From contig CAVUZH010000025.1 of NCBI GenBank assembly GCA_963745835.1, forward strand, positions 96,001 through 160,000: a stretch of DNA of 64,000 nucleotides. The letters run 5' to 3'. Made by a program: the position numbers and the translations under genes. A model generated the notes under the pieces. It did not search any database. It was given only the letters and a program-made list of their open reading frames with translations, and was not told the origin of the DNA. The DNA comes from an uncultured delta proteobacterium (GTDB lineage Bacteria; Desulfobacterota; Binatia; UBA9968). Positions 45,240 to 54,407 of this stretch are shown piece by piece (within the stretch, counting starts at the first letter, position 1; every line of letters begins with the position of its first letter).

Positions 45240-46105
45240 TATACCTGGGGTATCGCTCAATGATAAGCAATCAAAGCATGATAGACGCTCCGGTCATTCG
45301 CATCGAGCCTTCCCGCGGTTGGATATCACTTAAACTCAATGAATTATGGGAATATCGCGAATTGCTCTACTTTCTAGCTTGGCGAGATATCAAAATCCGC
45401 TATAAGCAAACGGTATTGGGAGCGGCGTGGGCGATTATTCAGCCATTTTTCACCATGGTTGTTTTCAGTGTTTTCTTCGGCCGTCTCGCTGGCATTCCCT
45501 CGGACGGTGTTCCTTATCCCATTTTCAGTTTTGCCGGGTTGGTGCCATGGACGTTCTTCGCCAATAGTTTGAATCAATCGTCAAACAGTCTGGTAAGCAG
45601 TGCGAATCTCATCCAAAAGGTTTATTTCCCACGCCTGGCGGTACCGATCGCAACCGTCTTTTCCGGGATTGTAGATTTCGCCCTGGCTTTTTTGATGTTG
45701 CTGGCTATGATGCTTTACTACGGCATGGTTCCGACTTTGAACGTGCTCTGGCTTCCGGCCTTTTTTCTTTTGGCCTTAATCACCTCACTCGGAGTGGGAC
45801 TGTGGCTTTCCGCCATGAACGTCCGCTTCCGTGATGTCCGTTATATCGTTCCGTTTTTAGTTCAGTTCTGGATGTTCTCCACTCCCATTGCCTATCCGAG
45901 CAGTCTTCTTTCGGAGCCCTGGCGTACTCTGTACGGCCTCAACCCGATGGTCGGTGTAATCGAGGGGTTTCGATGGGGTTTGTTAGGGACCAACACGGCG
46001 CCTGGAGCGATTATCTTTGTTTCTTCCTTCGTGGCGATGGCGATCTTTATCGGCGGGGCGTTTTATTTCAGACGGGTCGAGAAAACGTTCGCGGACATCG
46101 TCTAA
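45236..46105 (+). CDS. wzm: Polysaccharide ABC transporter permease
   Basis: RDIKIRYKQTVLGAAWAIIQP, KVYFPR, FRDV, LNPM. Confidence 0.92.
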   Translation: MIYLGYRSMISNQSMIDAPVIRIEPSRGWISLKLNELWEYRELLYFLAWRDIKIRYKQTVLGAAWAIIQPFFTMVVFSVFFGRLAGIPSDGVPYPIFSFAGLVPWTFFANSLNQSSNSLVSSANLIQKVYFPRLAVPIATVFSGIVDFALAFLMLLAMMLYYGMVPTLNVLWLPAFFLLALITSLGVGLWLSAMNVRFRDVRYIVPFLVQFWMFSTPIAYPSSLLSEPWRTLYGLNPMVGVIEGFRWGLLGTNTAPGAIIFVSSFVAMAIFIGGAFYFRRVEKTFADIV

Positions 46106-46149
46106 TGCGAATTCCAATTAGAATTTTCATTGTTTCATTAATGATCGGT

Positions 46150-46465
46150 AGAGAGACGGAGCAATTTGCTATCGTGTTCGTCGTCGGCATCGCCTAACAA
46201 CAGCGCAAAAAAATGTGCTTGACTATCAGTTGCTCAAATTCAGGCGCGCCTATCGGTGCCAATGACCGCGAGGCGAATCGGGCTAAGTCTCGCAAGGGAT
46301 TTCATTCACAAATCGGCATAGTAGAAAAAGAGCCGTCAGAGGCCACTGGCTGATCAGCCAGGAAGCTTCATCTTGAAAGATTAGGACCCGCGAAGCTGCT
46401 CCATGAATCAGGCGCCTGAGAGCTATCTTCACGAGCATCACTAGAACCACCAGGCATGCGTAAAC
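46150..46465 (+). pseudogene. Decayed four-helix-bundle (TIGR02436 / 23S-IVP-like) gene; boundaries approximate
   Basis: Cross-frame translation YQLLK-SGAPIGANDREANRAKSRK-DFIHK-IGIVEKEPSE..WL matches the family pattern QLLRSGTSIGANYREA..SR.DFIHKI.I..KE..E..YWL. Confidence 0.7.
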
Positions 46466-46467
46466 AA

Positions 46468-46510
46468 TTTGGAATTGTGAATTTCGAACTTCGCAATTCG
46501 AAATCAGAAA
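46468..46510. repeat. Heptamer tandem/inverted repeat array forming a hairpin
   Basis: TTTGGAA TTGTGAA TTTCGAA C TTCGCAA TTCGAAA TCAGAAA, just upstream of the wzt ATG. Confidence 0.7.
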
Positions 46511-46517
46511 TTTATTT

Positions 46518-47840
46518 ATGAGCCTTTTAGCTGTTCATGTCGAGAAACTGAGCAAACTCTATCAGATCGGTCCGGCGGAGACGTACGCGACGATTCGGGA
46601 GAGCTTGATGGAGGCGTTCGCCGCTCCATTCCGTCGTGCGCGTGAGAAGCTTCAGTCTTCCAACCGGCAGGTCTGCTCGATTAGCGATACGATCTGGGCG
46701 CTGAAGGATGTTTCTTTTGAGATTAAGCAGGGAGAGATTGTCGGGATTATCGGGCGCAATGGGGCCGGCAAGAGCACGCTACTGAAAATTCTTTCGCGCA
46801 TCACCGAGCCGACCGATGGCTTTGCTGAAATCCATGGGCGGGTCGGCTCGTTGTTGGAAGTCGGAACCGGTTTCCACGGCGAGCTGAGTGGACGGGAGAA
46901 TATCTACCTGAACGGCGCCATCTTAGGCATGAGAAAGACGGAGATTGGCCGGAAGTTCGACGAGATCGTCGCTTTCGCGGAAGTGGAGAAGTTCATCGAT
47001 ACGCCGGTTAAGCGGTACTCCACCGGCATGTATCTGCGACTCGCGTTCGCAGTGGCGGCACACCTAGAACCGGAGATTTTGATTGTGGATGAGGTGCTTG
47101 CCGTAGGGGATGCCTCTTTTCAAAACAAATGCATAGGTAAAATGGGAGCCGTCGCCAAAGAAGGTCGAACCGTTCTTTTTGTCAGTCATAATGTCGCTGC
47201 GGTCAAGTCGCTTTGTAGTCGAGCCATTTTGCTGGATCGCGGGCAGGTGGATTGCGACGGGCGGGTCGATGACGTCGTGGATCGTTACGTCATGGCCAAC
47301 AGCAACGTGCTCAAGAGCGGGGCTATACCGGACGATGTGGAGCGGATCGGTACGGGTGAAGCGAAACTACGTTCCGTGCAACTCGCTAACATATCCTGTA
47401 ATCCGGTTTCAGAACTGTACTTTGGTCAGCCGTTCCGCGTCACGCTCGGGTTTGACGTCCTCACAAACATCCGGGATGTTTTTGTAGAAGTGAATATTGG
47501 CAAGCCCGATGGAACTGAGGTAGTTTTTTCTACCACGGTCGACGAAGGACAGCGACCGATGGATTTAACGACCGGACGCTATCAGGTGAATGCAGAATTC
47601 GACATCGTGCTCCTGCCCGGGCGGTATTCGATCGGTTTAGGTATTCACTTTATCGACGGTATGACCATCGATTTTATTCGACGTGTTATGGATTTTCGAA
47701 TTTTAAAAGTAGCGCAGAATGGGCACGGCGACTACCTCTGGGACACTGTTCGGGGCTATGTGCGTGGTCTTCCCCGCTGGGGAATGCATAAAATGGCGGG
47801 TTCAGAAGCTGCGCAAGCGATTAAGTTCCATCTCGCTTAG
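46518..47840 (+). CDS. wzt: Polysaccharide ABC transporter ATPase with C-terminal Wzt_C domain
   Basis: GRNGAGKST, YSTGM, ILIVDEVLAVGD, VSHN; about 170-aa C-terminal extension. Confidence 0.92.
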   Translation: MSLLAVHVEKLSKLYQIGPAETYATIRESLMEAFAAPFRRAREKLQSSNRQVCSISDTIWALKDVSFEIKQGEIVGIIGRNGAGKSTLLKILSRITEPTDGFAEIHGRVGSLLEVGTGFHGELSGRENIYLNGAILGMRKTEIGRKFDEIVAFAEVEKFIDTPVKRYSTGMYLRLAFAVAAHLEPEILIVDEVLAVGDASFQNKCIGKMGAVAKEGRTVLFVSHNVAAVKSLCSRAILLDRGQVDCDGRVDDVVDRYVMANSNVLKSGAIPDDVERIGTGEAKLRSVQLANISCNPVSELYFGQPFRVTLGFDVLTNIRDVFVEVNIGKPDGTEVVFSTTVDEGQRPMDLTTGRYQVNAEFDIVLLPGRYSIGLGIHFIDGMTIDFIRRVMDFRILKVAQNGHGDYLWDTVRGYVRGLPRWGMHKMAGSEAAQAIKFHLA

Positions 47841-47896
47841 CAAGGATCGGATAAAAAAATGGTTCATGATTGCTTCCGATTTGGCGCACCTCGGCC

Positions 47897-49066
47897 ATGA
47901 GAATCCCGATTGCAAAGTGCGTGTTCGGCGAAGAGGAACTACTGGCCGTACAAAAGCCGTTAGAAACGGGCTGGGTTGTGCAGGGACCCTTCGTGCGCCA
48001 GTTCGAGGAGAAATTCTCAAACTTTACAGGAGCCCCCTTCTCGGTTGCGACAAGTTCTTGCACGACTGCATTGCACATAGCCGTGGCGGCTTTGGGATTG
48101 AAGCCGGGCGATGAAGTCATCGTGCCGGCATTCACCTGGGTAGCAACCGCCAACGCGGTCGAATACATGGGCGCGCGGCCTATCTTCTGTGACATCGATC
48201 TAAACACGTTTAATATCGCTACAGACCAGATCGAAGCGCTGATTACACCGCGTACGGTGGGGATCATTCCGGTGCACCTCTTCGGGCTCTGCGCCGACAT
48301 GCAACCGATTATGGACATTGCGAAAAGACACAGCCTGTGGGTAGTGGAAGACGCCGCCTGTGCTTTTGGTGCTTACTATCGTGAGCGCCATGCCGGCACG
48401 TTTGGCGGGACGGGCTGCTTTAGCTTTCACCCACGTAAGTCTATCACTACCGGCGAAGGAGGGATGATCACGACTCAGAGGGAAGATGTCGACCGACTAG
48501 CGCGGAGCTTGCGCGATCATGGCGTGTCTCACTCCGACTCGACTCACCAGCAGGAAAAAGGGACCTTTCTCCTCGCGGAATATAACCATCTTGGCTACAA
48601 CTATCGCCTGACCGATATTCAGGGAGCCTTGGGCTGTGCGCAAATAGACAAGGCAGAGTGGATTCTCGCCGAACGCGCCCGTTGCGCGCGCATTTACGAC
48701 ACAATGTTAGCCGATGTGCCATGGCTCAAAAGACCCGATGTGCCCGAAGGCTATGTGCACGGGTACCAGTCTTACGTCTGCTTGTTCTGTCCTGACGAAC
48801 CTACCCTGAAAAACGTGGAGAAACTGTACCGGCAACGTAATGATTTGATGTTGAGGTTGGAGGCGAAAGGGATCGCCACGCGCCAGGGGACCCATGCTCC
48901 GGTGATTCTGGGCTATTACGCCCAGAAATACGAACTGCGTCCCGAGCAGTTTCCCAAGGCTTACATCGCCGACCGGTTAAGTTTGACGCTTCCGCTGTAC
49001 GCCCAGATGACGGACGCTGAACAGAGTCTCGTGTGTCAGAGCCTTCGCGACGCACTCGATGCATAG
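47897..49066 (+). CDS. DegT/DnrJ aminotransferase
   Basis: GWVVQGP, SSCTTALH, EDAACA, SFHPRKSITTGEGG, GYNYRLTD. Confidence 0.92.
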   Translation: MRIPIAKCVFGEEELLAVQKPLETGWVVQGPFVRQFEEKFSNFTGAPFSVATSSCTTALHIAVAALGLKPGDEVIVPAFTWVATANAVEYMGARPIFCDIDLNTFNIATDQIEALITPRTVGIIPVHLFGLCADMQPIMDIAKRHSLWVVEDAACAFGAYYRERHAGTFGGTGCFSFHPRKSITTGEGGMITTQREDVDRLARSLRDHGVSHSDSTHQQEKGTFLLAEYNHLGYNYRLTDIQGALGCAQIDKAEWILAERARCARIYDTMLADVPWLKRPDVPEGYVHGYQSYVCLFCPDEPTLKNVEKLYRQRNDLMLRLEAKGIATRQGTHAPVILGYYAQKYELRPEQFPKAYIADRLSLTLPLYAQMTDAEQSLVCQSLRDALDA

Positions 49067-49215
49067 GTCGTCGCTCCAGTTCCGGTCTTTAATCGGAAAG
49101 ACACTTTTGCAGGCTAATAAGTTGAACGGTCCTGGGAGCGACGCAATATGATCCGAGCGCATCGTTTCAAAGCTCGACAAGCTCCTTAGAGTATCATTAA
49201 AGGATTCATTGATTT

Positions 49216-51318
49216 GTGATGATCTACGCCAACCTTCGACCCCAAGTGCGATCTTCCATAGACTTCGGCCGCATTACTGTTGTGCTGGCCACTGTCATTC
49301 TTGGCCTACTTATTCATGGGATGCACGCAAGCAAGCTTGGACTGTACTGGGATGACAGTGAACTATGGCTGCAGCCAATGCAGTGGGCTGACGGAAGCGT
49401 AATGCAATTTGTTCTGAGTGATACGTTTGGAGTCTTGCGTGCGGAAAGACCTTTTGCCCATTTTCTGATGACAATACATCGCGCCGCCTTTGCAATCAGT
49501 CTCCCTGCACTGCACTGGAGCCAGGTTCTCTTACTGATACTGAACGCTGTCACCCTGGAAGTTATTGCATCGAAAATCGTTAACGAGAACTGGTATGTCT
49601 TTGCGGCTGGGGTTATCTTTCTTACTTACCCCCTGGCTCCTTTACACGCCATATGTCCAATTACTTTGCTTCACGTCTGGGCTTGTCTACTAGCCCTCCT
49701 GACCCTCTTGTTTTCTTGGTATGGCCTGAGGGCTAACGAGACGCGACGGCTCATGTGGTTTGCTCTTGGCTCCATCACGTACGTTGCAAGTATATTGACG
49801 CATGAAGTATTTGCTCTGATCCCACCTGTATTTGTGTGCCTGTTTGTCCTGTCGAAAACCAGACAGAACACTGCGGAATGGTATCAATTTTGGCGCATGT
49901 CACTCTACAAACCAGCTATTCAGGGGCTGGGTGTATTCGCGGGTCTCTTCGGACTATATGGGCTCTGGCGGGTGCTGATTCTCCCCACGTATGGAGTCTT
50001 TGGATACCCTAACTCTGATATAGTGTTAAGCCCGATAATCGTCGCAAAGAAGCTTCTAGCAGGCATAACAATCGGGTTTGTCCCTTGGGCCACAGTTTTA
50101 GACCGAATTAATTTATCCAGCCCGCCCATCACGTATGTCTTTTTTTCTGCTGGGCTGTTTGTTATTACATGGATCATTACTTTCCAGCTATTGCTACGTT
50201 CACCCGCCTATGATCACAGCGATCATCAAAACGCCGCGAAAAATCCTGGCGATGACCATTGGGTCCAAGCAGCCAGGACCGGCATAGCGTTGTTCGTAGC
50301 CGCGGTTTTAGCTATCGCGGTATCCCCTTCGGATGTCGATGTAAATTTTGGAGTCAACTCCCTGTCGCCCGGTCCGCGGGTTAACTTCGTCGCCACAATT
50401 GGCATCGCTCTCGCGCTGCCCGTCCTGTTTGCCCTGCTCGCGCAGTGGTCCCGCCGTTTTATAAGACTGGTGCAGTGTCATCCCCGCTCTATGAGACTTT
50501 TGGGCCTTGCGGGTATTGCCTGTCTCATATACGTAGGGTTCATTGGATTCCCTGCAGATGGGAGCGTTTTTTCACATCAGAGTGCTGTGCCAATTCTGTT
50601 CACTCGCTATTCACTAGCTTATGGATTGCTGGTGGTCGCATATGTATTCGTGATGGTACTTGTTACTGGAATGGTCGTCCTGTCATCGGTGTCTTATTTG
50701 CGTGACACGAGATCGCCTCCCATAGTCATCGTTCCCCGCATGCGTGCCCAATGTCTTTCTTGGGCAGTGGCCTGTATCGTCCTGTTCGGAACCCTTTTCC
50801 ACCTTAGTATCAAAGAGGAATTCGCTGACGAGTGGCGCCGTCACAAAGCTATGCTCGAGCAACTTCACGCTATCGCTCCTGCACTTGAGGACGACACATT
50901 TGTCATCATTGTTCATGAGGAGCTTAGCCGATCAGTTTCTATGCCCTATATGAGTCATTCGGAACTTAGCTCCTTCCTGCTAGCACTCTATGCTAATTGG
51001 TCAATCATGGGGACTACGGACCGGAACACCCGTTTCTATCCGGATGGAGTCGAAGCGCGATATTACGGGAAAGTCGCGATGTGGTTGCCTCCCGGTGTAA
51101 AGGGTCCAGCAAACATATATTATGCTACCTTACCTGTGCCACGGATATCCTATGATCGTCTTCTTCTGTTCTCATTCGACGGAACTAGTCTACGGCTGCT
51201 TCCTGAGATGGAGGTTGAGGTTGAAGGGAATGGGCGTGGAGTTGTGATGAATAATCCGGAACGAATTCTAAATCAAACATCGCTCAAAATGGCTGTATGG
51301 CGGCATGTGACCGACTAG
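49216..51318 (+). CDS. Large polytopic membrane protein, possible GT-C-fold glycosyltransferase
   Basis: 700 aa, more than 10 hydrophobic segments, GLYWDD after TM1, RP motif, soluble C-terminal domain. Confidence 0.55.
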   Translation: MMIYANLRPQVRSSIDFGRITVVLATVILGLLIHGMHASKLGLYWDDSELWLQPMQWADGSVMQFVLSDTFGVLRAERPFAHFLMTIHRAAFAISLPALHWSQVLLLILNAVTLEVIASKIVNENWYVFAAGVIFLTYPLAPLHAICPITLLHVWACLLALLTLLFSWYGLRANETRRLMWFALGSITYVASILTHEVFALIPPVFVCLFVLSKTRQNTAEWYQFWRMSLYKPAIQGLGVFAGLFGLYGLWRVLILPTYGVFGYPNSDIVLSPIIVAKKLLAGITIGFVPWATVLDRINLSSPPITYVFFSAGLFVITWIITFQLLLRSPAYDHSDHQNAAKNPGDDHWVQAARTGIALFVAAVLAIAVSPSDVDVNFGVNSLSPGPRVNFVATIGIALALPVLFALLAQWSRRFIRLVQCHPRSMRLLGLAGIACLIYVGFIGFPADGSVFSHQSAVPILFTRYSLAYGLLVVAYVFVMVLVTGMVVLSSVSYLRDTRSPPIVIVPRMRAQCLSWAVACIVLFGTLFHLSIKEEFADEWRRHKAMLEQLHAIAPALEDDTFVIIVHEELSRSVSMPYMSHSELSSFLLALYANWSIMGTTDRNTRFYPDGVEARYYGKVAMWLPPGVKGPANIYYATLPVPRISYDRLLLFSFDGTSLRLLPEMEVEVEGNGRGVVMNNPERILNQTSLKMAVWRHVTD

Positions 51319-51666
51319 TATTCGAAGAGTAAATGCTATCAGGCCTGTAATTTCTCAATGTACCATTCATGGGTAATATATCCTAGGTTTACATATGCGT
51401 ACCGTCCAGTTCGTTTGCTATCTTGCCGCGCAATGGATTCCTTCCTGATTGCGCTTGCGCCTGCTGTCGTTCCACTGGCGTTCTTCATAGCTTAGTGTTG
51501 CTGCGCGACCGCACCTCATGGCATAGAACTGCTGGATTTGTGGGTCTTAGCGGTGTGGGCCTGGCGCGAGAGTTACAACAGTATGTTGGGTAGCAAGCCG
51601 TTGTTTGGTTGCAAACGCCTACTCTGATAGGCCTGCTTCCTGAATCCGCTGGTAGCAGCGGGGATC

Positions 51667-51835
51667 GTGCGCTCGTGAGGGCGTCACATTAGCACGGTGA
51701 AAGTTCGTGTCGTCATTGCGGCCTCTGTGTTAGCAAGCCAATTCCGATGTGGAAACCACCGACTCGAGAGGCGTCTGTGGGGAGAACCGCACCACGGTTC
51801 GGCGGGCAGGGACGGAGAGCCGTTTCTGACCCTAT
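51667..51835 (+). mobile_element. Internally deleted group II intron remnant (169 nt, no intron-encoded protein)
   Basis: 5' GTGCG end with GCACGGTGAAAGTTCGTGTC; D5-like GAGAGGCGTCTGTGGGGAGAACCGCACCACGGTTC; D6 GGG-CAGGGACGG-agag-CCGTTTCTG-A-CCC with bulged A51829; 3' end CTAT. Confidence 0.78.
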
Positions 51836-51927
51836 CTGCACGCTTATTTTTGAATCGCCAACGAGAGATGGAAGAATGCATTCTTATCTTTTGACACTAG
51901 CGGAGAGGTTTGACGCTCTGACGTTTT

Positions 51928-52200
51928 TTGCTCATTGGCTTTCCTGTTTTGCTGGTGTTTGGGATTTATGCAGGAGCCAAGGCGATTGGAAGAAAAGACG
52001 TCGTTGCCTTAGTAACGCTTATCTTCATGGTCACCAATATTCTGTATGTCTCTTTGCTCATAACGGTTTTTGGCGAGGAGGATCACAATCGTTACCGGTT
52101 CACAGTTGATGCCTTTTATTTGATGTTGCTCGGCCTGTTAATTTCATCTGGGATTGCTGCAGTGAAAACCGGTGGTTTCAAGCGCAAGCTCGTTATCTAG
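51928..52200 (+). pseudogene. C-terminal fragment of a membrane (GT-C-like) protein
   Basis: Three TM segments with a GEEDHNRYRFTVD loop; no convincing start; directly after the intron remnant. Confidence 0.45.
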
Positions 52201-52594
52201 GTGAGCAGTTGGGGCGGATCTCGATCCATCCATCATAGAAGTCTCTCACGAAAAACCTGTCATGGGGTTTCCCGGAGGTCGTGTGATTCTTAGCTGTGGA
52301 TTACCTATTCTTTTAAAGAACTCGATTGACTCGGTGTGTTTACTTTAACCGATTTGAACTGGCTTTTCCTCATCTGCCATCGTGGCAACTTCCACTAGTA
52401 TCATCCGCAGTACACGCGACGGACGGACGTAAGATGATCTCAGCGTGGTTAATCCGCCGAACTGTGCTTTCAGTTACAACATGTGATGCGCGGGCCGGAG
52501 ACGCTGCCGCTGTCTGTCTATGGACAGTTGTCATCGGATCAAACAGGCACTGATGGCAAATGCCGTCGCGGCCTATACGGGAGACCCATAAACT

Positions 52595-53572
52595 ATGGAT
52601 AGAGCTTTGCGCGGCAAACGAATCTTCCTCAGTGGCGGCGGCGGCTTCATCGGCTCCACCCTTGCTGGCCGTCTTCTCGATGACAATGAAATCGTCGTGT
52701 TCGACACCTTTAAGCGTGACTCGCTGTCGGGCAAGCCGTATGCTCGGCACGTTAACCTGCGGCGCGTGGAGGGCGATGTTCTCGACTTAGAGGCTATCAC
52801 GCGAGCGATGGCAGGCGCCGAAGTCGCCGTGCACATGGCTGCCATTGCTGGCGTGGACACCGTACTGCAGAGTCCGACAACGACCATGGCCGTGAACATG
52901 CTGGGCACGCTAAACTTCCTCAAGGCGGCCCACGCGCAGCGTTGCTGCGAGCGCGTAGTAACATTCTCGACCAGCGAGGTGTTCGGCACTTACGCCTACC
53001 GCGTGAGCGAGTCTGATACTGTCACTACAGGCGCGGTTGGCGAAGCGCGCTGGACCTATGCGGTGAGCAAGCTTGCCAGTGAGCACCTGACATATGCCTA
53101 CTACAAGGAGTTTGGCTTGCCGGCGGTGATTGTCCGGCCCTTCAATGTGTACGGGCCGGGACAGGTCGGTGAGGGCGCCATCCACACTTTTGTGAATCGC
53201 GCGCTCCGGGGAGAAGATCTGCAAATTCATGGCGACGGCGACCAAATCCGATCGTGGACATATATCGATGACATGATTGGCGGCATTCTTCTCGTGATGG
53301 AACGTCAGGAGGCGGTCGGCGAGTCCTTCAACATCGGCAATCCGCGCGGGACCGTCACCATCAACGGCCTCGCCGAACTCGTGCTGGCGGTGACCGGCTC
53401 GCGCTCGAAGATCATCCATGTGCCCAAGGTCTCTGCTGATGTCGAACTGCGCGTCCCCAGCATCGATAAGGCACGTGCGCTGCTCGGCTTCACCCCGCAG
53501 GTTGATCTTCGCGAGGGCATGGAGAGGACAGTGATGTGGTACCGCAGCCGGATGGAGCCTTCCCGCGCATGA
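52595..53572 (+). CDS. NAD-dependent nucleotide-sugar epimerase/dehydratase
   Basis: GGGGFIGS, STSEVFG, YAVSK, RPFNVYGP; visibly higher GC than flanks. Confidence 0.9.
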   Translation: MDRALRGKRIFLSGGGGFIGSTLAGRLLDDNEIVVFDTFKRDSLSGKPYARHVNLRRVEGDVLDLEAITRAMAGAEVAVHMAAIAGVDTVLQSPTTTMAVNMLGTLNFLKAAHAQRCCERVVTFSTSEVFGTYAYRVSESDTVTTGAVGEARWTYAVSKLASEHLTYAYYKEFGLPAVIVRPFNVYGPGQVGEGAIHTFVNRALRGEDLQIHGDGDQIRSWTYIDDMIGGILLVMERQEAVGESFNIGNPRGTVTINGLAELVLAVTGSRSKIIHVPKVSADVELRVPSIDKARALLGFTPQVDLREGMERTVMWYRSRMEPSRA

Positions 53573-53705
53573 TCGGTAGCTCCAGCGCAATCCCTAACCA
53601 GTCGTCCGGCACTCGTCCGGTATCTTCGGGTGAGCTGATGTCTTCTCCTTCATCAGCGCAGCAGCATCGCTTGCGGCGTGTGTCGGTTTATCCCGCTTTG
53701 GCTTT

Positions 53706-54401
53706 GTGATGCTTGTTTCGTCTGCGGCAAAGCAGCTAATCATTCTCGGAGCCAGAGGCAACAGTGTGGACATCCTGGATGCTGTGAATGAAATAAACGC
53801 GAAGTCGAAATTAGCGCGGTACGAGTGCATTGGATTTCTCGACGACGATCAGCATCGGTGGGGTCAGGAAATATGGGGCGTGCAGGTGCTCGGCCCGCTG
53901 GAAAGTGCCAGAAAGTATTCGGATGCCTACTTTGTGAATAGCATCGGCAGCGAGCGCAACTTTCGGCAGAAAGCTGCGATCATCGCTAAGACGGGGCTTC
54001 CACCTGAGAGGTTCGAAACCATCGTTCATCCTACGGCGAGTGTCTCCCGGATGGCGACGTTGGGCAATGGGGTGGTGGTGCTTCAACATGTGAGCATCAG
54101 CAATCAGGTCAGTATTGGCAATCATGTTATTATTCTGCCGAACTCCGTGATCAGCCACGATGTCGTCATTGGTGATTACTCCTGCATAACAGGTGGGGTA
54201 TGCATTTCCGGCATGGCGACAATAGAAAGGGACTGCTACCTGGGCACCAACAGCTCCATCATCGGCAATGTGAAGCTCGAAACCGGGTGTATCATTGGTA
54301 TGGGTGCAGTGATCAGACATGATGTTCCCGCGAACGCAGTGATGGTAGGCAATCCTGCCAAGTTACTCTGCGACGCGAAAGATTGCGGCAATGGAGACTA
54401 G
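53706..54401 (+). CDS. NeuD/PglD-like sugar acetyltransferase
   Basis: IILGA.G, GFLDDD, IVHPTA, ISHD, hexapeptide repeats, VGNPA. Confidence 0.88.
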   Translation: MMLVSSAAKQLIILGARGNSVDILDAVNEINAKSKLARYECIGFLDDDQHRWGQEIWGVQVLGPLESARKYSDAYFVNSIGSERNFRQKAAIIAKTGLPPERFETIVHPTASVSRMATLGNGVVVLQHVSISNQVSIGNHVIILPNSVISHDVVIGDYSCITGGVCISGMATIERDCYLGTNSSIIGNVKLETGCIIGMGAVIRHDVPANAVMVGNPAKLLCDAKDCGNGD

Positions 54402-54407
54402 TGATGA

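Noticed and set aside
51519-51533. TGGCATAGAACTGCT as a third sigma54 promoter
   Set aside because: GG-to-GC spacing is one base short of the strict requirement
51697-52109. ORFs 51697..51894 and 51747..52109
   Set aside because: They read through structured intron RNA sequence and do not look like real proteins
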